DNA of 64,000 bases from Patescibacteria group bacterium (GCA_040902515.1 JBBDXB010000006.1:268280-332279), one strand, 5' to 3'; shown: positions 9,896-17,597, counted from the first letter of the stretch. Program-made: numbers and translations. Notes: generated by a model not told the origin, from the sequence alone.

Positions 9896-9940
9896 GTCTA
9901 GCTGTTCGGACCGGCCCGAGGGCTTAATATAGAGGAGTAC

Positions 9941-10013
9941 GTCCTTGTAGCTCAGTGGATAGAGCGCTTGCCTCCGGAGCAAGAGGTCGCAGGTTCGAAT
10001 CCTGCCAAGGACG
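9941..10013 (+). tRNA. tRNA-Arg (anticodon CCG)
   Basis: 73-nt cloverleaf GTCCTTG...CAAGGACG. Anticodon stem CTTGC/GCAAG with loop CTCCGGA. T-loop TTCGAAT. Confidence 0.88.
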
Positions 10014-10039
10014 CATTGGGGCGACGCGCGGCGGTCCAT

Positions 10040-10059
10040 GGCTACAAGGCACCGTGGGA
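10040..10059. repeat. Copy 1 of a 20-nt direct repeat GGCTACAAGGCACCGTGGGA
   Basis: Exact 20-mer also found at 10730-10749, with an imperfectly similar 5' flank (gcgGCGGtCC / gcaGCGGcCC). It lies 27 nt downstream of tRNA-Arg(CCG). Confidence 0.7.
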
Positions 10060-10078
10060 ATGCTGATAACCGCTTCGG

Positions 10079-10107
10079 TTGACAAACTTACTGTGGTTGG
10101 TAGGATG
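10079..10107 (+). promoter_or_regulatory. Putative promoter TTGACA-16-TAGGAT upstream of a 33-codon ORF
   Basis: TTGACA at 10079-10084 and TAGGAT about 16 nt downstream. The downstream transcript carries SD AAGGAGGA before the ATG at 10200. Confidence 0.4.
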
Positions 10108-10199
10108 CTCTTGTCCTGAGTGACTGCAAGCCGTTTCACGGCTGAAGTACGAGCCGCCTGGCTTGTAGCTCATTCCCATCTCATCCAAGGAGGATCCAG

Positions 10200-10301
10200 A
10201 TGCAGAAGATCACCCGGCTCCGCGGCCACCCGGCCACCGAGCCCACTGAGCCCACCGCGTTCTGCGACCACCACGGCACCGGCGACCTGACGGGCACGTA
10301 G
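10200..10301 (+). CDS. Micro-ORF, 33 aa (MQKITRLRGHPATEPTEPTAFCDHHGTGDLTGT)
   Basis: ATG preceded by AAGGAGGA with 6-nt spacing and a promoter-like element upstream. Below the track's size cutoff. No homology inferable. Confidence 0.3.
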   Translation: MQKITRLRGHPATEPTEPTAFCDHHGTGDLTGT

Positions 10302-10545
10302 CCCGCCGCCGCGCCTCCACGTGTCACGTATGCCCCGAACAATCAGCTGCGTGACAGGATGAGATGAGGAAACTCAAGCAGAGAGTTGCATGACGACCCC
10401 CGTCGCCCACCAACTCTCTGCCTCATCCTGCCTTAAGAACGGGACTTTGTTATCATGCGAACATGATCAGCCGAAGCAATGCGACGTTCTTTTGCTTCGC
10501 TCCGCCCCGCGGTGGCTGATTAGAGGTAGTTACTAAGCACTAATC

Positions 10546-10567
10546 GCCACCGGCCGGTGGCTTTTTT
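10546..10567 (+). terminator. Intrinsic terminator/attenuator hairpin (GCCACCGGCCGGTGGC followed by T6)
   Basis: Perfect 16-nt GC palindrome at 10546-10561 followed by tttttt. An SD (AAAGGAGG) and the ATG at 10583 follow within 16 nt. An upstream segment, ccgcggtggc at about 10507-10516, could pair with the 5' arm as an antiterminator. Confidence 0.55.
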
Positions 10568-10582
10568 GATGAAAGGAGGAAC

Positions 10583-10759
10583 ATGTGTGAGCAAGAAAGG
10601 TCTCTCGAAGAGGTGCTGGGACCCGAGAGCGAATGCAGCTCCGAAAGCGGTGATGAAGAAACCTGCGCGGAAACCAAATCGGCGGAGCTTCCCGTGGAGT
10701 ATCCTGCCGTGCAGCGGCCCCGGACGCCCGGCTACAAGGCACCGTGGGACTATCGGTAG
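10583..10759 (+). CDS. Small acidic Cys-containing ORF, 58 aa (MCEQERSLEEVLGPESECSSESGDEETCAETKSAELPVEYPAVQRPRTPGYKAPWDYR)
   Basis: ATG 7 nt after SD AAAGGAGG. Its 3' end contains copy 2 of the 20-nt repeat. Stop lies 53 nt before tRNA-Ser(CGA). Confidence 0.35.
   Translation: MCEQERSLEEVLGPESECSSESGDEETCAETKSAELPVEYPAVQRPRTPGYKAPWDYR
10730..10749. repeat. Copy 2 of the 20-nt direct repeat GGCTACAAGGCACCGTGGGA
   Basis: Exact match to 10040-10059, 62 nt upstream of tRNA-Ser(CGA). In this copy the repeat encodes ...PGYKAPWD; copy 1 would encode ...HGYKAPWEC*. Confidence 0.7.
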
Positions 10760-10811
10760 CAGGAGGCTGCAGCACTTTGATACCGGCGGATTTACAATAG
10801 ACTGGAGATAC

Positions 10812-10898
10812 GGAGGAGTGCCGGAGCGGTCGAACGGGGCGGTCTCGAAAACCGTTAGGCCCGCAAGGGTCTCGGGGGTTCGAATCCCTCCTCCTCCG
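10812..10898 (+). tRNA. tRNA-Ser (anticodon CGA)
   Basis: 87-nt cloverleaf GGAGGAG...CTCCTCCG. Anticodon stem GCGGT/ACCGT with loop CTCGAAA. Long variable arm. The 3' 35 nt are identical to tRNA-Ser(TGA). Confidence 0.88.
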
Positions 10899-10954
10899 CA
10901 GGATAAAAGCGTCCAGGGCAACCCATGTGCTGTGGGATGGTAGGCTAATAGACC

Positions 10955-11563
10955 ATGAATAAGAAGCCTTCGATCGAAGGGGACCCGGCCACCTTCCCTG
11001 ATTCAACGGAAAGGGTTGATGAAGCAGGCGAATCGGTTACTGCGCTGGTGCCGAGAATCCTGGAAGGTCTGCAAATCACTCGATACCGCCTCAGGCGGTA
11101 TGTTCCGAAAACAGGTGATGAGTTTGATGAAGAAAAGGCGTTTAGCGACGTTTCCGGCTTCCGAGCTAATGTTGGAGCAATCGGACGAAGCCACGACCCT
11201 CGGGCCCTGGTATCTCTTTCGTCCAAGGTGGAGGTCGTGGGAGATACTCGGCATTTACCATTACTGGATTTCTCAAACACACGAATACCTGATTTGGATA
11301 TCTCTGATGTAGAAGAGGTGTTAATAGGGCTTGGTCAAAGGCGGGGTTTCATTCTTCATTCGGGAAGATGCTTCCATTACTACGGCCTTGATCTCCTGCG
11401 TGAGTCTGAATGGAGCGAATTGATGATGCAGTCCGCGGAACAGCCGGCGATAGGAGAACGGTACATTCAGCGTCAATTGTCTCGCGGCGCCTCCTACTTG
11501 CGGCAAAATACCGGCCCCACCAGACCCTGTTTACCTTATGTAGTTAAGGTATTGGAAGGCTGA
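10955..11563 (+). CDS. Hypothetical protein, compositionally atypical (lower GC)
   Basis: 202-aa ORF between two tRNA-Ser genes. GC is visibly lower (about 50%) than the surrounding ~63%, with A/T-ending codons. No recognisable motif. Confidence 0.5.
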   Translation: MNKKPSIEGDPATFPDSTERVDEAGESVTALVPRILEGLQITRYRLRRYVPKTGDEFDEEKAFSDVSGFRANVGAIGRSHDPRALVSLSSKVEVVGDTRHLPLLDFSNTRIPDLDISDVEEVLIGLGQRRGFILHSGRCFHYYGLDLLRESEWSELMMQSAEQPAIGERYIQRQLSRGASYLRQNTGPTRPCLPYVVKVLEG

Positions 11564-11726
11564 TAGGAGGAGCGGGCGGCCAAATTGCGTAATCTATCCA
11601 CCTGTATTCCAGAATCCGACCTCTCAGAAACCCCTTGGAAGCCTTACAATAAAACCCGTCGGGGGTTCCTGACCCGACTGCTCCGCAGGTATCCTTAAGG
11701 TGTTCTCTTTGGAGAACGCTTAACAC

Positions 11727-11816
11727 GGAGGGGTACCCAAGTGGCTTAAGGGGCGGGATTGCTAATCCTGTAGGTCGGCATTAGCCGGCGCGAGAGTTCG
11801 AATCTCTCCCCCTCCG
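11727..11816 (+). tRNA. tRNA-Ser (anticodon GCT)
   Basis: 90-nt cloverleaf GGAGGGG...CCCCTCCG. Anticodon stem CGGGA/TCCTG with loop TTGCTAA. 21-nt variable arm. T-loop TTCGAAT. Confidence 0.88.
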
Positions 11817-11840
11817 CAGTGTCTGGAGCATATGAAGCAA

Positions 11841-11870
11841 GGAACCCGCCGATCGGCGGGTTCCTTCGTT
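11841..11870. terminator. Hairpin terminator between tRNA-Ser(GCT) and the convergent secreted-protein gene
   Basis: ggaacccgcc-gatc-ggcgggttcc perfect stem followed by ttcgtt. Confidence 0.45.
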
Positions 11871-11887
11871 AGGCATCTCTGCGGTTC

Positions 11888-12490
11888 CTAGGTAATATCC
11901 CCGCTGCTGCCATCACTGGCGTTCACCCAGGTGCCGTGTTGGCCACCCCGATAAATCCATCCCCACCAGTCGTAGCTGAATCCGTACCCCGGTTCGAAGT
12001 ACTGGTCGATCCAGTTCACGTTGCCGGGACAGGAGCCGGCGATGGTGCAATCATGGTCGATCACGCCGACGTTGCCGCGAGTCGGCCAGGCGGGAACCGT
12101 AAGCAGGTCACCGCTGATGGTGGCGCGATAACCGCCCTGGAAGGTGCCGCCCTCATCACCGTCGAGCGGCTCGGTATTGCCCGGTGATTGCTGGCCCGCT
12201 TCAGCATCGAACTGACCCTGGTAGCTGACCACGGCGCAGTAAGTGCCGTCACCCTGATCCCACAGTTGGATCTGGCGGTTGTAGTCGATGAAGGCCCAGT
12301 AGCCGCCGAAACCGGAGTCGATCGAATTGACGACCTTGTGTGTGACATTCACGACGGGTTTGCCCTTCGTGTCACACTGTCCGGCACTGGTCTCAGGGCC
12401 CCAATTGAGCGTAGGCGGAGCTGCCAGAGCCGGCGTAGCCAGCAACACGAGCGCGATGACCGATATGAAGGAAATGACTGTTCTTATCAT
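11888..12490 (-). CDS. Secreted Trp/Gly/Tyr-rich hypothetical protein
   Basis: Signal peptide MIRTVISFISVIALVLLATPALA. Mature part rich in W/G/Y/D (GYGFSYDWWGWIYRGGQHGTW) with several Cys. Confidence 0.55.
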   Translation of the reverse strand: MIRTVISFISVIALVLLATPALAAPPTLNWGPETSAGQCDTKGKPVVNVTHKVVNSIDSGFGGYWAFIDYNRQIQLWDQGDGTYCAVVSYQGQFDAEAGQQSPGNTEPLDGDEGGTFQGGYRATISGDLLTVPAWPTRGNVGVIDHDCTIAGSCPGNVNWIDQYFEPGYGFSYDWWGWIYRGGQHGTWVNASDGSSGDIT

Positions 12491-12579
12491 GCGCAGTTCA
12501 CCTCCTTCCCCATGCAGTACGTCATGTAAGGCGGAGTATACCAGAACGTCCGCTGTGCTTGATATGGAACGGGCGAAAC

Positions 12580-12726
12580 TCAGGCTTCTTGCCGCACCTG
12601 ATGCGCCAGCAGGCCGATCAGTTCTTCCTCGGTATGCTCGCGTTCGTTGGCCGGCGTCTCATTGAACCGCCTGAGCTGCTCGATCGCGTCCTCGATCGGA
12701 TCGTACTGTTTCACGTAGAAGTTCAT
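12580..12726 (-). CDS. Small hypothetical protein, 48 aa (MNFYVKQYDPIEDAIEQLRRFNETPANEREHTEEELIGLLAHQVRQEA)
   Basis: Its ATG overlaps the TGA of the upstream 149-aa ORF (ATGA overlap), indicating translational coupling. The N-terminal part of track ORF 12580..12933 is in an Arg/Pro-rich frame and is not taken as real. Confidence 0.35.
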   Translation of the reverse strand: MNFYVKQYDPIEDAIEQLRRFNETPANEREHTEEELIGLLAHQVRQEA

Positions 12727-13172
12727 CGCGTGGCCAATCCGTTGACGATCCGGAAACGGAGCACCCTTGTCAGCGTGTCGTTGAACGCCGTCCGGTCGCG
12801 CACCAGCGTCGACGTCAGCAGGTCCTCCAAGCGGAGGATGTTCCCCGCGGCAGCATCGCGCAACCCGCGGTCGTCCGGCCGCAGGTTGAGCTCCAGGAGC
12901 TGCCGGTACGGTACGTCGGTCAGCTGGCTCCACGCCTCTTCCGACACCAGCGACTGCAGCCGCGGATACGTCTCGTAGACCGCCTGCAGTTCGTCCGTGA
13001 GCCGGAGCAGATCCACCAGGTGGCGCTTCACGAACGCGTCATCGACCCGGAACGGCGGGTCGATCCCGGCCCGGCACCGCTTGGAGCCGGTCTTGGCTCC
13101 ATTCGCCTTGGCTGATTTGGGGGTGATATCTCGCTTCATGGAAAACTCCATAGCTACCGAGAATAGGGACAA
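12723..13172 (-). CDS. Hypothetical protein, 149 aa
   Basis: ORF downstream of the sigma-factor gene on the same strand. No recognisable motif. Confidence 0.4.
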   Translation of the reverse strand: MSLFSVAMEFSMKRDITPKSAKANGAKTGSKRCRAGIDPPFRVDDAFVKRHLVDLLRLTDELQAVYETYPRLQSLVSEEAWSQLTDVPYRQLLELNLRPDDRGLRDAAAGNILRLEDLLTSTLVRDRTAFNDTLTRVLRFRIVNGLATR

Positions 13173-13189
13173 GAAACCCCTTTGTCAAG

Positions 13190-14215
13190 CTAATATTCGA
13201 CCGCTAGCTGTAATTTCCGGCGTGCCCGTTGCATGGCATTATCAACGGCCTTGTGATCGATCCCCAGCACTTCGCCGATTTCCGTATAGTTATGCCCGAC
13301 GTAATGCCCTATGATCACCCCCGACTCCACGTCGGTGAGGCGGGAGCGGGCTGCCCCGAATACATCCCTCACCAAACGCCTCTGTTCGATTATCTCATCC
13401 GGCTCCAGCACCTTCGAATCCGCGAGCACGTCCGACAAGGGTATTTCCTCCCCGTCCGAGTAGGTACCGACGGGTTGGCGGAACGACCTGGCCTCGTTGA
13501 CCGGCAAGTGCTTGTCCCGCGTGGCGGTCTTCACGGCGGTGATGACCTGACGATACATAGCCAGCTCGGCGAATGTCACGAAGCCCGCTTTTCCCGAACG
13601 CCTGTAGTCCCGAACGGCCTTCAACAGCCCGTAGCGGGCCTCCTGAGCGATGTCGTCCTTGCTGAGACCGGGGGCGAAATACGTATGTGCCAACCGGTCG
13701 ACAGATGCCTGCATCCGTTCGGCCAGTGCTTCGAACGCATCCTCGTTTCCTTCGAGCGCCCGCGTTACGAGCATCTCGTTACGCCGGTTGTCCGCAGAAA
13801 ACCCGGCGTCCGGTACGGCCGACTTTCCGGGAGGAGCCTGGGTGGCTTCCTGCCAATGGCGCTCCGCCAAGTCTGCCAGCCTCGACACGTACCCTTCCGC
13901 CGCACCGCTTTCCGCCGCTTCAAGAACCATGTTCGGAGCGGCTTCGAGCACTTCCTGCTTGCTGACCGTCTCCTTTTTCACATGGTAATAGCCGACGATC
14001 AGCGGGACGCCGATCGCCGTGCGTACCAATTCGTTCGCGGCTTCCGGACTGCCCGCCCGGTATTCCCGGAGCGCGGCCTCGATATCCTCGTGTTCCAGCG
14101 CACCGGTCATGGACTTCCTGAGGAAGTCGCCCAGCGCCTTGTCAAAGAACGGCGCTGCCTTCTCGGGAATGAAAACCGGCTCCCCCTGCTCGACTTGGTC
14201 TGCTTGTGCTTTCAT
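13190..14215 (-). CDS. Sigma-70 family RNA polymerase sigma factor (group-3-like) with ~110-aa N-terminal extension
   Basis: Region 2 (DIAQEARYGLLKAVRDYRRSGKAGFVTFAELAMYRQV) and region 4 HTH (YTEIGEVLGIDHKAVDNAMQRARRKLQ). Start set at MKAQADQ (14215). The track ORF extends to 14536 in a low-complexity frame. Confidence 0.65.
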   Translation of the reverse strand: MKAQADQVEQGEPVFIPEKAAPFFDKALGDFLRKSMTGALEHEDIEAALREYRAGSPEAANELVRTAIGVPLIVGYYHVKKETVSKQEVLEAAPNMVLEAAESGAAEGYVSRLADLAERHWQEATQAPPGKSAVPDAGFSADNRRNEMLVTRALEGNEDAFEALAERMQASVDRLAHTYFAPGLSKDDIAQEARYGLLKAVRDYRRSGKAGFVTFAELAMYRQVITAVKTATRDKHLPVNEARSFRQPVGTYSDGEEIPLSDVLADSKVLEPDEIIEQRRLVRDVFGAARSRLTDVESGVIIGHYVGHNYTEIGEVLGIDHKAVDNAMQRARRKLQLAVEY

Positions 14216-14318
14216 GATCCGTAACGGATGACTGGTTATTATGACACACCTTTCCCGGATGTTCAGGCGTGCCGGATCGTGCGCGTTTCGAACCCCTAAG
14301 CGGTACACTGGTAAGGTC

Positions 14319-15647
14319 ATGCGAGCCGAAACAGAGATCTTCCGGGCATACGATATCCGGGGAATCGTCCCGGACCAGCTGGACGAGGCCGGTGCCGAGC
14401 AGGTCGGTCGCGCCTTTGCGGCGTACTTGCAGCCGAAGCAGGTCGTGGTCGGTCGCGACGTCCGCACGACCGGAGCGGCATTCCAAGCGGCGGTCATCAA
14501 AGGCCTGACCGCTTCCGGCGTGGACGTGCTCGACATCGGCCGGGTCTCGACGGACCAGTACTACTTCGCCTGCAGCCGGCACGCCGCTCCCGGCATCATG
14601 GTCACCGCTTCGCACAATCCGCCCGAGTACAACGGCTTCAAGATGGTACGCAAGATGCCGGAACTGGTTCCCGTGAAGGAGTTCCGGTCATGGGTACTCG
14701 AGAAGCGGTACGAGGATGCCGCAAAGCCCGGCGCCGTCACGACCGAGGACACGCTGGACGCCTTCGTGGGCCGAATGCTGGAGCTCATTCCTCCGGCCCG
14801 GCTGAAACCGCTGAAAGTCGTGGTCGACACCTCGAGCGGCTCCCAGGGTGCCGCCTGGGAAAAACTTCGGGAACGTCTGCCGCTTGAGATCGTCCCGCTG
14901 TTCTGGGAGCCGGACGGAACCTTCCCCGGACATCCGAACGACGTGATCCAGCCGGAAGCCAAGGAGCCGCTGCGGAAGAAGGTGCTCGAAGAGAAAGCGG
15001 ACCTCGGCCTGATCTTCGACCCCGACGGCGACCGCTGCCTGGCGGTCGATGACGAAGGCCGGGACATTCCCGGCGACTACCTGACCGCGCTCCTCGCCAA
15101 GACGATGCTCAAGCACGCCCCCGCCAGTACGGTCGTATACGACATCCGAGCCAGCGACGCCGTCCCCGACGCCATCCGGGAAGCCGGCGGCACGCCGCTG
15201 GCCTGGAAGGTCGGGCATACGCACATCAAGCCGAAGATGATGGAACACGACGCCGTCTTCGGCGGCGAAGTCTCCGGTCACTTTTATTTCCGGGACTTCG
15301 GCTACGCCGACTGCGGCATCCTGGCCGGACTGGTCATCCTCGAGTACGTGAGCGGCCTCCCCGGTCCGCTCAGCGACGAACGGAAGCGCCTGGAGTCGAG
15401 CTACTCTCTGAGCGGTGAACTCAACTCGAAGGTCGCCGATGTGCCGGCCGTCCTGGCCCGGATCAAGGAACGGTACGCCGACGGCAAAATCGACGAGCTG
15501 GACGGCATCGCCGTCCGCTACCCCGACTGGCACTTCGTCGTGCGGCCGTCCAATACGGAGCCGGTGATCCGCCTGACGCTCGAAGCGGCATCCCGGAAGC
15601 TCATGGAGCGGAAGCGGGACGAGGTCCTTGCCCTGATCCGGCAATGA
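14319..15647 (+). CDS. Phosphomannomutase/phosphoglucomutase
   Basis: Active-site TASHNPPEYNGFK, Mg-binding FDPDGDR, and characteristic C-terminal domain. Start set at MRAETEIFRAYDIRG. Confidence 0.85.
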   Translation: MRAETEIFRAYDIRGIVPDQLDEAGAEQVGRAFAAYLQPKQVVVGRDVRTTGAAFQAAVIKGLTASGVDVLDIGRVSTDQYYFACSRHAAPGIMVTASHNPPEYNGFKMVRKMPELVPVKEFRSWVLEKRYEDAAKPGAVTTEDTLDAFVGRMLELIPPARLKPLKVVVDTSSGSQGAAWEKLRERLPLEIVPLFWEPDGTFPGHPNDVIQPEAKEPLRKKVLEEKADLGLIFDPDGDRCLAVDDEGRDIPGDYLTALLAKTMLKHAPASTVVYDIRASDAVPDAIREAGGTPLAWKVGHTHIKPKMMEHDAVFGGEVSGHFYFRDFGYADCGILAGLVILEYVSGLPGPLSDERKRLESSYSLSGELNSKVADVPAVLARIKERYADGKIDELDGIAVRYPDWHFVVRPSNTEPVIRLTLEAASRKLMERKRDEVLALIRQ

Positions 15648-15716
15648 ACGCCGGCGGCCTATCCCCGTCCGCACGGTACCTAGAAGCTCCCGCAGCTAAG
15701 CGCTAGGATAGAGTCT

Positions 15717-17597
15717 ATGGTCAAGCCCCAAACCACCGCCGGCATCGATTACGGCATCATCGGCAACTGCGAGACCGCGGCGCTGGTATCCAAGGACGCC
15801 AGCATCGACTGGTTCTGCTTCCCGCGGTTCGATTCGCCGTCCGCGTTCGGGAAGCTCCTCGATGAAAAGCAGGGCGGCTCCTTCTCGCTCCGGCCGGTCG
15901 GCAAGAAGTTCTGGTCCAAACAGGAGTACATGGAGAACACGAACGTCCTGGTGACCACGTTCGTTTCCGACGAGGCCGAGGTCGAGGTGACCGACTTCAT
16001 GCCGATCTTCGCCGAACCGTATCGCACCCGCCCGCTCCAGCGGCTCTGCCGCCGGGTGAAGGTGCTCCGCGGCACGGCGGACGTCGAGATGATCATGGAA
16101 CCGGCCTTCGACTACGCCCGGATCCGGCCGAAGTTCGAGTTCCGGAGCGGCGTCTGGCTCGCCCGCGGCGAGGGACAGACGTTCATCCTGTCCGCCAGCA
16201 CCCCGGTGGTAGACGCCTACGACGAGAAGCGTGACCGCCTGGAAAAGACGTTCAGGCTCAAGGAGGGCGAGCTGGTGGACTTCGTGCTCGGCTACCGCAA
16301 AAACCTCTTCGACGTGACCCAGTTCGACGGCAACGTCGACAACTCCGACGTGCTGGCCAAGACCGTCCACTTCTGGCGGCAGTGGCTCTGGAAGCTGGAA
16401 TACCAGGGGCCGTACCTGGAGACGGTCCGGCGGTCAGCCCTGGCGCTCAAGCTCCTTACCTACGCACCGTCCGGTGCCGTGGTCGCCGCGGTCACGACCT
16501 CACTTCCGGAGGACGTGGGCTCCAACCGCACCTGGGACTACCGGTACTGCTGGCTGCGCGACGCGTCGTTCACCGTGGACGCGCTCTTCAAGGTCGGGCT
16601 GTTTGCCGAGGCGCTCGCGTTCATGCACTTCCTGCGCGAGACCATCTCCCAGAGCGGCCCGGAGATCCAGATCATGTACCGGGTGGACGGCGCCGAGGAG
16701 ATGACCGAGCTCGAGCTCGACCACCTGGCCGGTTACAAGCACAGCCTGCCGGTCCGGGTCGGTAACCGCGCCGCCAACCAGCTCCAGCTGGATGCGTTCG
16801 GCGAGGTGATCGACGTGGCCGCGGTGGTCTTCGAGGAGAAGCACTACCTCTCGCCCGACATGTGGAACACGCTGAGCGAAGTGGTCGAGGTCATCTGCAA
16901 GTTCTGGCGGGAACCCGACAACGGCATCTGGGAATTCCACGACGAGAAGTTCAAGCTCAACTACACCGCCTCGAAGGTGCAGGCCTGGGTCGCGATGGAC
17001 CGCGGCGTGCGGCTGGCCCGGCGGATGAAGGACGAGGAGCGCGCCGCCCGCTGGGTCAAGGTGCGGGACGAGATCAAGGACGACATCCTCACCCACGGTT
17101 GGAATGAGGAGAAGCAGTCGTTCACGATTGCGTACGAACGGGACGAACTGGATGCGGCGATCCTGCACATGCCGCTGTTCGGCTTCATCAGTGCCAAGGA
17201 CCCGAAGATGAAGAAAACGGTGAAGCGGATGCTCAAGGAACTTTCCAGCGGCGACTTCATCCGGCGCTACAACATGATCGACGACCAGGGTGACACCAAG
17301 GCCGCGATGATCATCTGCAACCTCTGGCTAGCACAGGTGCTCGCGATGCAGGGCGAGGTGGACGAGGCCCGCCGGCGCTTCGAGCTGATCCTGGAGCACG
17401 GCAACCATCTCCGGCTGTTCTCGGAGAACATCAATCCGGAGAACGGCGAGCTGACCGGAAACTTCCCGCAGGCCTATACGCACATCGCGATCATCCAAAC
17501 CGCGCTGACGCTCGAGGCGGCAAAGCCGAAGAAGCGGAAGAAGGTCGGCGTCACCGAGACCGGCGAGGGCCGGGCACGTTCGAACCCGGCGGTCTGA
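15717..17597 (+). CDS. Glycoside hydrolase family 15 (glucoamylase/trehalase-like)
   Basis: N-terminus DYGIIGNCETAALVSKDASIDWFCFPRFDSPS and the (alpha/alpha)6 catalytic region (TWDYRYCWLRDASF) are typical of GH15. Confidence 0.8.
   Translation: MVKPQTTAGIDYGIIGNCETAALVSKDASIDWFCFPRFDSPSAFGKLLDEKQGGSFSLRPVGKKFWSKQEYMENTNVLVTTFVSDEAEVEVTDFMPIFAEPYRTRPLQRLCRRVKVLRGTADVEMIMEPAFDYARIRPKFEFRSGVWLARGEGQTFILSASTPVVDAYDEKRDRLEKTFRLKEGELVDFVLGYRKNLFDVTQFDGNVDNSDVLAKTVHFWRQWLWKLEYQGPYLETVRRSALALKLLTYAPSGAVVAAVTTSLPEDVGSNRTWDYRYCWLRDASFTVDALFKVGLFAEALAFMHFLRETISQSGPEIQIMYRVDGAEEMTELELDHLAGYKHSLPVRVGNRAANQLQLDAFGEVIDVAAVVFEEKHYLSPDMWNTLSEVVEVICKFWREPDNGIWEFHDEKFKLNYTASKVQAWVAMDRGVRLARRMKDEERAARWVKVRDEIKDDILTHGWNEEKQSFTIAYERDELDAAILHMPLFGFISAKDPKMKKTVKRMLKELSSGDFIRRYNMIDDQGDTKAAMIICNLWLAQVLAMQGEVDEARRRFELILEHGNHLRLFSENINPENGELTGNFPQAYTHIAIIQTALTLEAAKPKKRKKVGVTETGEGRARSNPAV

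Noticed and set aside
9704-10139. Minus-strand ORFs 9704..10039 and 9924..10139 overlapping tRNA-Arg(CCG).
   Set aside because: They read through a clear tRNA gene and have no start context; spurious. The same applies to ORFs 7756..8268 and 10557..10943, which translate through the Ser tRNAs.
10200-10301. 33-aa ORF as a RiPP or bacteriocin precursor.
   Set aside because: No adjacent modification enzyme, transporter or immunity gene. It is kept only as a candidate micro-ORF.
10014-10811. Possibility that the non-coding stretch between tRNA-Arg(CCG) and tRNA-Ser(CGA) encodes tmRNA, RNase P RNA, SRP RNA or a T-box leader.
   Set aside because: No tRNA-like 3' end with a tag-peptide ORF ending in ...ALAA, no P4-like GGAAAGTCCGG or GNRA signatures, and no AGGGTGGNACCGCG T-box sequence were seen. 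Only a generic attenuator-like hairpin/terminator is present, and it is reported as such.
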